Assembly (NCBI GenBank): GCA_014859225.1
Contig: JACUUP010000002.1
Span: forward strand, 1 to 36,324
DNA from: Candidatus Aerophobota bacterium
Lineage (GTDB): Bacteria; Aerophobota; Aerophobia; Aerophobales; B3-G15
Length of the DNA stretch: 36,324 bases
Direction: 5' to 3'
Shown: positions 1 to 9,677 of the stretch, one piece after another
Layout: every line of letters begins with the position of its first letter
How positions within the stretch are numbered: the first letter of the stretch is position 1
The notes under the pieces: model-generated
Seen by the model: only the letters and a program-made list of their open reading frames with translations
What the model was told of the DNA's origin: nothing
The model's database searches: none
Program-made: the position numbers and the translations under genes

Positions 1-45
1 CGCCTGTCCTAACTCTAAAAGATTGCTTCAGGAAACTGGAACTAT

Positions 46-73
46 TTGCCTTTTATGCATAGCTTGTTATAAT
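46..73 (+). promoter_or_regulatory. candidate sigma70-type promoter for the AOR gene
   Basis: TTGCCT (46-51), 16-nt spacer, TATAAT (68-73) preceded by TG at 65-66 (extended -10). AAGGAGG at 92-98 precedes ATG 104. Confidence 0.5.
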
Positions 74-103
74 TTAAAATAGTTCATTAAGAAGGAGGAA
101 AAA

Positions 104-1930
104 ATGAAGATGTTGGGAGTTTTTGGAAAGTATGCTGACGTTGACCTTTCCACTGGGAAAATCAGTAACTATGAAATACCAGAGGACTGGCACACAAAAC
201 ATATGGGCGGGCGCGGAATTGCAGCAAGAATCCTTATAAAAGAACTTGTTCCAAAAATCGACCCTCTCTCCGAACACAACATCCTTGTCTTTGCCGCAGG
301 ACCTTTCCAGGGTCTTAACATGGCAGGGGGAGGTCGGTTTCTGGTAATGGGCAAATCTCCCAAGACCTGGACAATAAATGACTCTTTCTGTGGTGGTAGA
401 TTTGGACATATTCTTGGGAGGAGCGGCTTTGATGGGCTAATAGTTCGCGGAAAGGCTGAAGAGCCTGTTTACATCCTGATTGACGATGGAAAAGTCTTCA
501 TTCACTCAGCAAAGGACCTTTGGGGACTGAACCCGAAAGAAGTAGAAGAGTACCTTGGAAAAAGACAGGGTGAGCTTTCCGTGGCTTGCATTGGTAAAGC
601 CGGTGAAAATATGGTCATGGCAGCCTGCATCATGGTTGACCACACCCGTGCGGTTGGAAGACCAGGCTATGGAGCCGTTATGGGGTCCAAGAACCTTAAA
701 GCCATTGCTGTACGAGGAACCCAAAATAAGCAAATCGCCGATGAGGAAAAACTCAAATCACTTCGACCCTCGTTCGCAAAGGGCATTTTACAGGGTGTCT
801 GGGAAAAACGCCTGGCCGAGTATGGGACCGCCGAAGGTGTGGAAAACCTTCATCAATTAGGTATTTTACCCACCAAGAACTTCGCAACCGGTATGTTCAT
901 TGACTTTGAACAAATAACTGGGGAGAGATTGGTTAAATCCGGCCTTCTGGTGGACCGTGATACCTGTCCTGGTTGTCCGGTAAGGTGCAAGAGAGTGGTA
1001 AAAGGTAGTTTCAATGGGGAGAAATTTGAGCCCACCTGGGGAGGACCCGAATATGAGACCATTGGTGCTGTTGGCTCTTTCTGCTTGAATGGCGACCTTG
1101 CTGCTATTTGTCTTCTCAATCAGAAGTGCAACCAGTATGGGCTTGACACCATAAGCACCGGTGTCCTCATTGCTTACCTTATGGAGGCAACAGAAAAAGG
1201 CCTTTTGAGGGGTGAGGATGCCATCAGGTGGGGTGATGCCCGGACCATGGTCAAACTTGTTGACAGGATTGCTCATCGCCAGGGTATTGGTGAATGGGTA
1301 GCACGGGGTGCTGAGTATCTTGCTTCCAGAGTGGGTGATTCCTCCTTTATGATGGCTATAAAGGGACAGGAGATTCCCATGCATGAGCCGCGGGGTAAAC
1401 TTTCCTTAGCTGTATACTACGCTATGACCCCAAGAGGCGGACAGCACATGGAAGGAACGCATGATCCCAATCCTCCTAATCCAGAACTGAGGCTGGGAGA
1501 AAATGAGCGACTGAGTTGGAATGATAAGGCCAGGATTACAGGAACTTACCTTAATTTAAGGTCCTTTGCTAATTCTTTGGTTCTTTGCGCTTTCACAGCG
1601 AGTCTTGCCGGAGATAGCTACCAGTTTCCAGCCGTAAGAGAGATGGTTAAAGCGGTCACCGGTCTGACCATAGATGTTGAAGAGATGTTGAGAATAGGAG
1701 AGAGAAATTATGGACTTCTGCGCTTTTTTGCGGAAAAAGAAGGATATAGCAGAAGGGATGATGATCTGCCAAAGCGTTTCAAACAGCGACTACCGGAATC
1801 AGGCTTCTATATTGATGATGCTATTTTGCAAAAAACCATAGATGAGTACTACCGTATTTTCGGTTATGGAATCTACGGTCCTACTAATGAACGATTGAGA
1901 GAATTGGGCCTTGAGGATCTTATTTCCTGA
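104..1930 (+). CDS. aor: aldehyde:ferredoxin oxidoreductase family (tungstopterin AOR) protein
   Basis: 608-aa ORF. N-terminus GKYADVDLSTGKI...GGRGIAARIL is typical of the AOR N-domain. C-x2-C-x3-C cluster motif DTCPGCPVRC. Strong RBS. Confidence 0.9.
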   Translation: MKMLGVFGKYADVDLSTGKISNYEIPEDWHTKHMGGRGIAARILIKELVPKIDPLSEHNILVFAAGPFQGLNMAGGGRFLVMGKSPKTWTINDSFCGGRFGHILGRSGFDGLIVRGKAEEPVYILIDDGKVFIHSAKDLWGLNPKEVEEYLGKRQGELSVACIGKAGENMVMAACIMVDHTRAVGRPGYGAVMGSKNLKAIAVRGTQNKQIADEEKLKSLRPSFAKGILQGVWEKRLAEYGTAEGVENLHQLGILPTKNFATGMFIDFEQITGERLVKSGLLVDRDTCPGCPVRCKRVVKGSFNGEKFEPTWGGPEYETIGAVGSFCLNGDLAAICLLNQKCNQYGLDTISTGVLIAYLMEATEKGLLRGEDAIRWGDARTMVKLVDRIAHRQGIGEWVARGAEYLASRVGDSSFMMAIKGQEIPMHEPRGKLSLAVYYAMTPRGGQHMEGTHDPNPPNPELRLGENERLSWNDKARITGTYLNLRSFANSLVLCAFTASLAGDSYQFPAVREMVKAVTGLTIDVEEMLRIGERNYGLLRFFAEKEGYSRRDDDLPKRFKQRLPESGFYIDDAILQKTIDEYYRIFGYGIYGPTNERLRELGLEDLIS

Positions 1931-1964
1931 AGAAAACAGCTCTACACAGTGCGAGGAGAGGAAA

Positions 1965-2186
1965 ATGCCTGTATACAGGTTTAAATGCAAAAAATGTGAA
2001 GAGGAGTTTACCGCTCTGACCGCTATGGGCAGGGAAAATGAGATAAAGTGCAAAAAATGTGGAAGCTCTAACATAGAAAAACTACTCCCTCGCTTTTTTA
2101 TAGGTAAAACCGCTGAGGGGAAAATAACAGGTGGAGCATGCTCTACCTGCAGCGCCTCAAGCTGCACAAGCTGTGGAGGGAGTTAG
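1965..2186 (+). CDS. FmdB-family zinc-ribbon protein (CxxC...CxxC with Cys/Ser-rich tail)
   Basis: MPVYRFKCKKCEEEF...IKCKKCGS, then the C-terminal tail GGACSTCSASSCTSCGG. I chose ATG 1965 (GAGGAGAGG RBS just upstream) over the track start at 1911, which overlaps the AOR gene. Confidence 0.75.
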   Translation: MPVYRFKCKKCEEEFTALTAMGRENEIKCKKCGSSNIEKLLPRFFIGKTAEGKITGGACSTCSASSCTSCGGS

Positions 2187-2191
2187 AATTT

Positions 2192-3592
2192 ATGAGCCTC
2201 TGGAGAGGAAGATTTAAAGAGGATATGCATCCTCTGGTTAAAAATTTTACCTTTTCTGCTGAGATAGACAAGGAGCTTTTCAACTACGATATTGAAGGAA
2301 GTATCGCTCATGCAAGAATGCTTGCAAAATGTGGAATTATAAAGGAGGTAGAGGTAGAGAAAATAATTAAATCCTTAAGGGAAATTGAAAAAGATATTCA
2401 GGATGGAAAAATTGATTTCTCTAAAAAGGAAGACATTCATATGGCTATAGAAGAGGAGCTCATAAGAAGAGAAAAGGACGCAGGAGAGAAAATTCACACA
2501 GCACGTTCCCGCAACGACCAGATAGCACTGGATGAAAAGCTCTACTTAAGAGAAAAGATAAAAACTCTGTGTAGCACAATTCATAGCTTTCAGTTAACGC
2601 TTTTAGATATTGCTGAAGCTAATAAAGATGTAACTTTGCCAGGATGCACCCATCTTCAGTATGCTCAACCTGTATCACTTGCTCATCATATCCTTGCTTA
2701 TTTCTGGATGTTTGAGAGAGACAAAGGGCGTCTTTTAGATTGCTACAAAAGAGTAAATGTTTGCCCTCTGGGAGCAGCAGCCTTAGCTGGAACCTCTCTT
2801 CCCATAGACAGAGAATATACGGCAAAACTCCTTGCTTTCCCTGCCATAACTGAAAATAGTATAGATACAGTAAGTGATAGGGACTATGTGGTGGAATTTC
2901 TTTCCTCCTGCAGTATAATAATGATACATCTTTCCCGCTTTTGCGAGGAGATTATTTTGTGGGCATCTCCTTTTTTTAATTTCCTGGAAATTGGAGAGGG
3001 CTTTTCCACTGGTTCAAGTTTGATGCCCCATAAAAAAAACCCCGATGTGCCAGAACTTATAAGGGGTAAAACAGGTAAAGTTTATGCCGCTTTAATATCC
3101 TTGCTCACCATAATGAAGGCTTTGCCTTTATCTTACAACAGGGATATGCAGGAGGACAAATTTCTGCTTTTCCAGGCGGCAGATGAGGTTAAACTTTCCC
3201 TGGAAATTTTCACACAGCTCATGAAAAACTTAAAGTTCAATACTCAAAAAATGAGGCAAAAGGCTGAGGAAGGTTTTTTTGCCGCAACGGACCTTGTAGA
3301 GTACCTGGTTACAAAAGGAGTTCCTTTCCGCACCGCTCACCGCATAGTAGGAAAGCTGGTTAGATGGTGCATAGAGAACAAAAAAGATTTTACGTGCTTA
3401 AGCTTGCAGGAGTACAAAAAATTTTCCCCCTGCTTTGAGGAGAATGTAAAACAAAGGTTGAGTCTGGAGGAATGTGTGAAAAATAAAAATTCAGCCGGAG
3501 GAACGGGCAAAAAGAGCCTTGAAATTCAGATAAAGCATGCCAGAGAGAAACTGGAGATACAACATGAGTCATTTTCACTACAGGCAAGATGA
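2192..3592 (+). CDS. argH: argininosuccinate lyase
   Basis: Start MSLWRGRF at ATG 2192. ARSRNDQ motif and fumarate-lyase signature GSSLMPHKKNPD. The first 18 codons of the track ORF (from 2138) overlap the previous gene and were trimmed. Confidence 0.92.
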   Translation: MSLWRGRFKEDMHPLVKNFTFSAEIDKELFNYDIEGSIAHARMLAKCGIIKEVEVEKIIKSLREIEKDIQDGKIDFSKKEDIHMAIEEELIRREKDAGEKIHTARSRNDQIALDEKLYLREKIKTLCSTIHSFQLTLLDIAEANKDVTLPGCTHLQYAQPVSLAHHILAYFWMFERDKGRLLDCYKRVNVCPLGAAALAGTSLPIDREYTAKLLAFPAITENSIDTVSDRDYVVEFLSSCSIIMIHLSRFCEEIILWASPFFNFLEIGEGFSTGSSLMPHKKNPDVPELIRGKTGKVYAALISLLTIMKALPLSYNRDMQEDKFLLFQAADEVKLSLEIFTQLMKNLKFNTQKMRQKAEEGFFAATDLVEYLVTKGVPFRTAHRIVGKLVRWCIENKKDFTCLSLQEYKKFSPCFEENVKQRLSLEECVKNKNSAGGTGKKSLEIQIKHAREKLEIQHESFSLQAR

Positions 3593-5663
3593 ACTTTTCT
3601 GTGAAAATATACCCATACAAAATATTGCAGATAAAGTGGGAACTCCTTTTTATATTTATAGCTACGCTGCGCTGGTTGATAACTTCCGAAGAGTGGAAAA
3701 AGCCTTTTCCCCCTTCAATCCCCTCATATGTTATTCCCTTAAAGCAAACCCTAACCTTACCCTGTGCAGAATTTTATCCTCCCTGAGAGCAGGAGCAGAT
3801 GTTGTATCAGGAGGGGAGCTATACACGGCTCTTTTAGCCGGATTTTTGCCCGAAAAAATAGTTTATGCTGGGGTGGGTAAAACTCAAAAGGAAATTGAGT
3901 TCGCTCTAAAAAACAATATTTTACTTTTTAATGTAGAATCAGAGCAGGAGTTAGTAGAAATTGCAAAAGCGGCGGAAAAACTAAAGAGAAAAGCCCCAAT
4001 TTCCATAAGGATAAATCCCGATATTGACCCCAAAACCCATCATTACATTACAACCGGTAAAAAAGGAAATAAATTTGGCGTCTCTTTTGAAACTGCCGAA
4101 AGATTATATCATAAAATAGCACAAACCAGAACTTTTGAGGCAAAAGGTATTCATATGCACATTGGCTCCCAAATTACCAGCACAGAGACTTACCTTAAAG
4201 CTTTAAATAAATTGAAGGATTTTATCCGGAAACTGCAAGATTGTAAGATGAAGCCTGGCTATCTTGACATGGGAGGTGGATTTGGTATTGCCTACGAAGA
4301 GGGAGAAAAGGAACTTTGCCTGGAGGAGCTTGCCCGGCAGATTTCTCTTATTTTCCCTGAGGATATGCATTTAATCTTAGAGCCAGGAAGATACATAGTG
4401 GGAAATGCAGCAGCTCTTATAACGAAAACACTTTACAGAAAAGAGGAAGGTGCAAATAAATTCCTGATAGTAGATGCCGCAATGAATGACCTTGTAAGAC
4501 CTGCTCTTTATGGGGCTTGTCACAGAATTATCCCCATCCAAAGACTCTCTTCAAAAGCTTGCGAGAAAGTCAGTATAGCTGGTCCTATCTGTGAATCGGC
4601 AGACTTTTTTCTCAAAAATGTTGATTTTCCCGGGGTTGTCAAAGGTGAACTTTTAGCCATCCTGGATACAGGTGCATACGGTTTTTCTATGAGTTCCAAT
4701 TACAATAGCAGAACAAGATGTGCCGAAGTTCTGGTAAAAGGGGATAAATGGTGGCTCATAAGAGAAAGAGAGGACTATCAGGATTTGCTTAGGGGTCAAA
4801 GGGTCCCACGGGAAAGCTTATGGGGAATGAACATATCCTCTACTTTATCTTGTAATGTTCAATTCTGGAAAATGGAAGGGACAGGTAACGACTTTATTGT
4901 CATTGACAATAGGGGAGAGCTTATAAAAGAAAGAGCAAAGATTGCCTCCTGTCTTTGTCAAAGAAAAAAGGGAATAGGAGCAGATGGATTGATTTTAATT
5001 GAAGAAGCGAAGGACGCTGATTTTACCATGCGTATATTTAACCCCGATGGCTCGGAAGCTGAGATGTGTGGAAACGGAGCAAGATGTGCAGTCCGTTTTG
5101 CTTACCTTAAAGGAATAGCTGGCAGAGAGTGTATTTTTCAAACTCTATCCGGAAAAATTTTAGCAAAATTATCGGATGATGTTAAAGTTAAAGTGAAAAT
5201 GACCAGCCCCCAGGACTTAAGAGAGGTTGACAAACTAAATATTGATGGAAAAATTTACAAAGGGTATTATGTAAACACAGGTGTGCCTCATTTCGTCCTT
5301 TTTCTGCCCAGCTCAGAAAGTATTCCCATAAGGGAAGTAGGAGCAAAAATAAGATTCCATGAGTTTTTCCATCCCCAGGGAACCAATGTAGATTTTGTCC
5401 AGATAGAAAAGGACAGATTGCTTGTTAGAACCTACGAAAGAGGAGTGGAGGATGAAACCTTGAGCTGCGGCACGGGAGCTGTAGCTTCAGCTCTAATAAG
5501 TGCCTTTGTTCACGGGCTTAGCTCCCCGGTTACGGTTTTAACAAAAGGCGGAGAGATTGTTGTATGGTTTAAATTAAGTGAGGATAAATTTAGCGAAGTT
5601 TTCCTGGAGGCAGAAGCGAATATAGTTTACAGGGGGAATTTAAATGGAGCAAAATATGTTTAA
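3564..5663 (+). CDS. lysA/dapF: fused diaminopimelate decarboxylase (N-terminal, about 420 aa) and diaminopimelate epimerase (C-terminal, about 278 aa)
   Basis: One uninterrupted frame. LysA motifs: YSLKANPN (PLP Lys), HMHIGSQ, GGGFGI, EPGRYIVG, ICESAD. DapF motifs from about 4827: KMEGTGNDFIVID, NPDGSEAEMCGNGARC, ETLSCGTGAVA (both catalytic Cys). No stop codon between the domains. Start taken at ATG 3564 (GGAG upstream). Confidence 0.85.
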   Translation: MSHFHYRQDELFCENIPIQNIADKVGTPFYIYSYAALVDNFRRVEKAFSPFNPLICYSLKANPNLTLCRILSSLRAGADVVSGGELYTALLAGFLPEKIVYAGVGKTQKEIEFALKNNILLFNVESEQELVEIAKAAEKLKRKAPISIRINPDIDPKTHHYITTGKKGNKFGVSFETAERLYHKIAQTRTFEAKGIHMHIGSQITSTETYLKALNKLKDFIRKLQDCKMKPGYLDMGGGFGIAYEEGEKELCLEELARQISLIFPEDMHLILEPGRYIVGNAAALITKTLYRKEEGANKFLIVDAAMNDLVRPALYGACHRIIPIQRLSSKACEKVSIAGPICESADFFLKNVDFPGVVKGELLAILDTGAYGFSMSSNYNSRTRCAEVLVKGDKWWLIREREDYQDLLRGQRVPRESLWGMNISSTLSCNVQFWKMEGTGNDFIVIDNRGELIKERAKIASCLCQRKKGIGADGLILIEEAKDADFTMRIFNPDGSEAEMCGNGARCAVRFAYLKGIAGRECIFQTLSGKILAKLSDDVKVKVKMTSPQDLREVDKLNIDGKIYKGYYVNTGVPHFVLFLPSSESIPIREVGAKIRFHEFFHPQGTNVDFVQIEKDRLLVRTYERGVEDETLSCGTGAVASALISAFVHGLSSPVTVLTKGGEIVVWFKLSEDKFSEVFLEAEANIVYRGNLNGAKYV

Positions 5664-6525
5664 AGGATGTTTTGTAGCGATAGTGACCCCTTTTAGGGGG
5701 GGAGAAATAGATGAGGATAACTTGCGTGGACTTATCCAGTTTCAACTGGAAAAAGGTGTAGACGGTATAGTTCCCTGCGGAACAACAGGTGAGTCTCCTA
5801 CCTTATCTTACGAGGAACACAAAAGGATAATTCGAATAACTGTGGAAGAAGTTAAAAAAAATGTCCCTGTAATTGCTGGAGCTGGTTCCAATTCAACCAG
5901 AGAGGCAGAAGAACTCACAATTTATGCCAGGGAAGTGGGCGCTGATGCTGCACTTGTTATTACTCCCTACTACAACAAGCCCACTCAGAAAGGAATGATA
6001 AACCACTACGCAAAACTGGCGGAAATAGGCATACCTATCATTATCTACAATGTTCCCTCACGCACCGGTGTAAACATGCTTCCTTCTACCTTAGAAACCT
6101 TGAGCAAACTTAAAAATATAGCAGGAATCAAAGAGGCATCCGGGAATATGGACCAGGTCTCCAGTATCGTCTCTTCCTGTGGCCCTGAATTTTCTGTTTT
6201 ATCCGGGGATGACTCTTTAACCCTGCCTATCCTGTCTTTAGGGGGGGTAGGAGTGATCTCGGTTCTTGCCAACATTCTGCCCGGAGAAGTAACTCAGTTG
6301 GTTAAAGCCTGGTTGGAGGGAGAGCCCGAAAGGGCAAAGGAGCTTCACTACAAACTTTTTCCTCTGTTTAAGGCCATGTTCATTGAAACAAATCCTATTC
6401 CTGTAAAAACGGCGATGGCAAAACTTGAAATGATTTCAAAAGAATGGAGAATGCCTCTGGGGGAAATGGAAGAGGAAAATGAAAAAAGATTAGAAAAAAT
6501 TCTTTCTCAACGCGGACTTCTCTAA
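5656..6525 (+). CDS. dapA: 4-hydroxy-tetrahydrodipicolinate synthase
   Basis: MFKGCFVAIVTPF..., CGTTGESPTLS, YNVPSRTG, GIKEASG (Schiff-base Lys). ATG 5656 overlaps the upstream stop (ATGTTTAA). ATG 5644 is an alternative start. Confidence 0.92.
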   Translation: MFKGCFVAIVTPFRGGEIDEDNLRGLIQFQLEKGVDGIVPCGTTGESPTLSYEEHKRIIRITVEEVKKNVPVIAGAGSNSTREAEELTIYAREVGADAALVITPYYNKPTQKGMINHYAKLAEIGIPIIIYNVPSRTGVNMLPSTLETLSKLKNIAGIKEASGNMDQVSSIVSSCGPEFSVLSGDDSLTLPILSLGGVGVISVLANILPGEVTQLVKAWLEGEPERAKELHYKLFPLFKAMFIETNPIPVKTAMAKLEMISKEWRMPLGEMEEENEKRLEKILSQRGLL

Positions 6526-6553
6526 AGAAAACTGGTGGTGAAGATAATCCAAA

Positions 6554-7045
6554 ATGACTGAAATCTATATAGGCATTGGAACCAATAAAGGCAACCGGCT
6601 GCATAATATTCAGCTTACTCTGGAGAAACTAAAAAAATTCATTGTTATTGATAAAGTTTCCTCTTTATACCTGACACAACCCGTCCAGGTAAAAGGGGGA
6701 TGGTTTATAAATTGCGTAGTTAAGGGACACACAGAAAAAGAACCCGCTCAGCTCTTACAGAATCTTTTGGAAATAGAAAAGGATTTGGGGAGGGTTAGAG
6801 AAAAAAAAGATGATAAGAGAATAATTGACCTTGACCTTCTATTCTATGGAGAAAAAATTATCAAAGAGAAAAATCTTACTGTTCCTCATCCTCGAGCACA
6901 CCAGCGCCGATTTGTCCTCATCCCTCTAACAGAGATAAACCCAGAGTTCAAACATCCACTTCTTAAAAAAAACAGCCATATTTTGCTTGATGAGATAGAA
7001 GACGCTTCCGAGGTGCTAAAAGTTGAAAGCCCCTTCCTCAGTTAA
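6554..7045 (+). CDS. folK: 2-amino-4-hydroxy-6-hydroxymethyldihydropteridine pyrophosphokinase (HPPK)
   Basis: IYIGIGTNKGNR, IDLDLLFYG, LTVPHPRAHQRRFVLIPL. 163 aa. Confidence 0.88.
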   Translation: MTEIYIGIGTNKGNRLHNIQLTLEKLKKFIVIDKVSSLYLTQPVQVKGGWFINCVVKGHTEKEPAQLLQNLLEIEKDLGRVREKKDDKRIIDLDLLFYGEKIIKEKNLTVPHPRAHQRRFVLIPLTEINPEFKHPLLKKNSHILLDEIEDASEVLKVESPFLS

Positions 7046-7772
7046 AATAGAGAACCTGGGCAAGGTATATTCAAGCTACAGAGGATTTTTAAAAAGAAAA
7101 AAAGTTTTAGCTCTTAAAAATGTAACTCTAAAGGTAAGAAAAGGTGAAATTTTTGGCATGCTGGGACTGAACGCAGCAGGGAAAACTACCTTGCTTAAAA
7201 TCCTGTTAGGGTTTATAAAGCCCACATGGGGAAGATTTGAAATAATGGGTAAAGATGGTAGTAACAGCCGAATAAAAAGGGAAATTGGGTATCTACCCGA
7301 GGAGCCAAACCTTTATGATTTTTTTACTGCAGAGGAATTTTTGCTCTTTTGTGGTAAAATTTTTAATTTAAGCAAGGCCGAAAGCCAGAAAAGGGCAAGC
7401 AGGCTTTTAGAAACTCTGCAGATTAACTCAGCGGCAAAAACAAGGATAAAAGAGTTTTCTAAGGGTATGAATCAACGCCTTGCTATTGCTTCCTCTTTAA
7501 TAAATGACCCTGAACTTCTCTTTCTGGATGAGCCTTTAAGTGGGCTTGATCCGGTGGGGCGAAAAATAGTAAAAGAGGTCCTTCTTAGTTTAAAAAAAGA
7601 GGGGAAAACAGTTTTTTTCTCTTCCCATATCTTAGCTGAAGTTGAACAAGTATGTGATAGAGTTGGCATTCTTCACAGGGGAGAGCTTTTATGCCTAAAA
7701 AATATTGAATCTATTGTTTGCCAGTGCTCATCCCTTGAAAAATTTTTCCTGCACAGGATAGGAGAGGACTGA
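7023..7772 (+). CDS. ABC transporter ATP-binding protein (ABC-2-type ATPase), no adjacent permease
   Basis: Walker A GLNAAGKTT, signature FSKGMNQR, Walker B LLFLDEP, H-loop SSHIL. TTG start at 7023 overlaps the folK 3' end. Confidence 0.85.
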   Translation: MKAPSSVKIENLGKVYSSYRGFLKRKKVLALKNVTLKVRKGEIFGMLGLNAAGKTTLLKILLGFIKPTWGRFEIMGKDGSNSRIKREIGYLPEEPNLYDFFTAEEFLLFCGKIFNLSKAESQKRASRLLETLQINSAAKTRIKEFSKGMNQRLAIASSLINDPELLFLDEPLSGLDPVGRKIVKEVLLSLKKEGKTVFFSSHILAEVEQVCDRVGILHRGELLCLKNIESIVCQCSSLEKFFLHRIGED

Positions 7773-7782
7773 AGTACTTTAG

Positions 7783-7810
7783 TTGACAGAGAGGCTTTTA
7801 ATAATATAAT
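7783..7810 (+). promoter_or_regulatory. candidate sigma70 promoter for the yicC-gmk-rpoZ operon
   Basis: TTGACA (7783-7788), 16-nt spacer, TATAAT (7805-7810). This leaves a leader of about 130 nt before the TTG start at 7944. Confidence 0.6.
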
Positions 7811-7943
7811 TTAAAGCGTTATATGGAGAAAACTTGCTTTTCAGGAAAGAGGCTAATCCATAGCACATTCTTACCTCTTACATCAATTCCAATGAATGTA
7901 TTTAATTTTCTGCCTGGGTAATAAACTTTAAAAGAGGAAAATA

Positions 7944-8822
7944 TTGAGAAGTATGACCGGGTATGGTGAAAAGTCCATTAGTCGGGAAGAGGCGGAAGCT
8001 TTTGTTCAAATAAAGACTTTGAACCATCGTTTTTTACAGGTAAATATTATCTGTCCTGAGGATGTCCCCTGGAGGCTGGAAAGAGAAATAGAGGATAGGG
8101 TAAAAAAAGAAATTTATCGGGGCAAAGTGCTTATTAGCCTGCAGATAATTAAAAAAGGGGAAGATTTTATAGAAATAGAGCCAAATTTTAAATTGGCTAC
8201 CTCTTATTTTAATGTATTAAAAAAATTGGGCAAAAACTTAAATGTCAGGGAAAATATAAAACTCTCCCATCTTTTGAGTATCCCGGAAATATTTACAGTT
8301 CAAAAAAGATTTGGGAAAGATGTAGAGAATGTGCTCCAGCGAGCAGTTGATGATGCCCTGCAACAGGTAATTAAAAGCAGGGAAGAAGAAGGAGAAAGAC
8401 ATTTAAAGGAGATTCTTAAATATACGAAGAAAATTAAATCCTCCATAACTTATATAGAAAAGGAGTTTCCATGTGCCCAAAAAAAATACAGAGAAAAAGT
8501 GCAGGAGGAGATAGAAAAAATTGTTTCTCAGGAAGAGTCATCCCTTCTGTCAAATCAAATTAATTCCAGGCTAAGTTTAATAATAACAAAAGGCGATATT
8601 ACAGAAGAGGTAGTTCGATTTCATTCTCATGTTGAGGTATTTAATAAAACCTTGAGCCAAAAAGGACCCATAGGGAAAAAATTAGGCTTTATTCTTCAAG
8701 AGCTACAAAGAGAAATTAACACTGTGGGTGCCAAATCTTTATCTTCTGGCATCTCCAAACAGGTAGTTCAAATAAAGGACTATATAGAGAAAATCAGGGA
8801 GCAAATGTATAATATTGAATAG
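7944..8822 (+). CDS. yicC: YicC-family protein
   Basis: N-terminus MRSMTGYG (TTG start, GAGG RBS). C-terminal LQELQREINTVGAKS motif. Conserved yicC-gmk-rpoZ gene order. Confidence 0.88.
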   Translation: MRSMTGYGEKSISREEAEAFVQIKTLNHRFLQVNIICPEDVPWRLEREIEDRVKKEIYRGKVLISLQIIKKGEDFIEIEPNFKLATSYFNVLKKLGKNLNVRENIKLSHLLSIPEIFTVQKRFGKDVENVLQRAVDDALQQVIKSREEEGERHLKEILKYTKKIKSSITYIEKEFPCAQKKYREKVQEEIEKIVSQEESSLLSNQINSRLSLIITKGDITEEVVRFHSHVEVFNKTLSQKGPIGKKLGFILQELQREINTVGAKSLSSGISKQVVQIKDYIEKIREQMYNIE

Positions 8823-8835
8823 GGAGGGTTAGTTT

Positions 8836-9450
8836 TTGTTAAAAAAGGCAAAGGGATTAATCGTAGTCATTTCAGCTCCAGCCGGAGCGGGAAAAACTAC
8901 TTTATGCAAAAGGCTTTTGCAAAGTTCCCCCTCATTTATTAACTCGGTTTCCTTCACCACTCGTCCTGCGCGAAAACAAGAAATTGAGGGGGTTGATTAT
9001 TATTTTATTTCACGCCAATATTTCCAAAAACTCATTGAAGAAAACTCCTTTGTAGAGTGGGCTGAGGTTCACGGCCACCTTTACGGTACATCAAAACAAT
9101 TCCTGAAGAAAAATATAGAAGCAGGCAAAGACGTAGTTCTGGAGGTTGATGTAAAGGGAGGCAGAAAAATTAAAGAAAAGTACTCTCAGGCAATTACTAT
9201 ATTTATTCTGCCTCCTTCATGGGAAGAACTAAAGAAAAGGCTCCACAAAAGAGCCACTGAGAATGAAGAAGAGGTCAGGAGAAGATTGGCTACAGCGAAG
9301 GAAGAGATACAACATCTCCCCTTTTATGATTATTTTCTGGTTAATGATAACATAAACGCCGCTGTAAAAAACCTTCTTCTAATTATAGAGGCACAGCGTT
9401 ATAAGATTAGTAGAGTGCCAAAATGCTCTATTGATGAAGTAATTAGCTAA
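8836..9450 (+). CDS. gmk: guanylate kinase
   Basis: P-loop ISAPAGAGKTT. SFTTRPAR...EGVDYYF. TTG start with GGGAGGG RBS. Confidence 0.92.
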   Translation: MLKKAKGLIVVISAPAGAGKTTLCKRLLQSSPSFINSVSFTTRPARKQEIEGVDYYFISRQYFQKLIEENSFVEWAEVHGHLYGTSKQFLKKNIEAGKDVVLEVDVKGGRKIKEKYSQAITIFILPPSWEELKKRLHKRATENEEEVRRRLATAKEEIQHLPFYDYFLVNDNINAAVKNLLLIIEAQRYKISRVPKCSIDEVIS

Positions 9451-9452
9451 AA

Positions 9453-9677
9453 ATGAAAAGGAGGGACCCTCTGAGTATCTATTTCGTTGATGAATTATTA
9501 AAAAAAAGTGGGGTTGAGGATAAATTTGCTCTAACACATATTGCTATCAAAAATATAAGGCAGCTTGTCCGGGAAAAAGATAAAAATGTCTTATTGGAAT
9601 CTGAAAAGTTAATCATTCTTGCATTGAAAAAAATTCAAAAAGGGGAAGAAAAATCAACACAAGCCTTCACCTTTTAA
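9453..9677 (+). CDS. rpoZ: DNA-directed RNA polymerase omega subunit (probable)
   Basis: 74-aa ORF directly after gmk, the canonical position. DKFALTHIAIKNIRQL resembles the omega core NRF-L---A-RAR-L. Sequence similarity judged by eye only. Confidence 0.65.
   Translation: MKRRDPLSIYFVDELLKKSGVEDKFALTHIAIKNIRQLVREKDKNVLLESEKLIILALKKIQKGEEKSTQAFTF

Noticed and set aside
866-1384. 172-aa antisense ORF inside the AOR gene, and similar antisense ORFs at 11212-11532, 12360-12707, 14812-15180, 20353-20778, 25501-26000, 26721-27044 and 29918-30229
   Set aside because: All lie wholly within strongly supported genes on the opposite strand, lack recognisable motifs and have atypical composition. These are the shadow ORFs expected in such sequence.
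7823-7921. 32-codon small ORF (MEKTCFSGKRLIHS...) in the yicC leader
   Set aside because: No SD sequence is upstream and there is no recognisable peptide-leader logic. It is most likely fortuitous, although the 130-nt leader itself remains unexplained.
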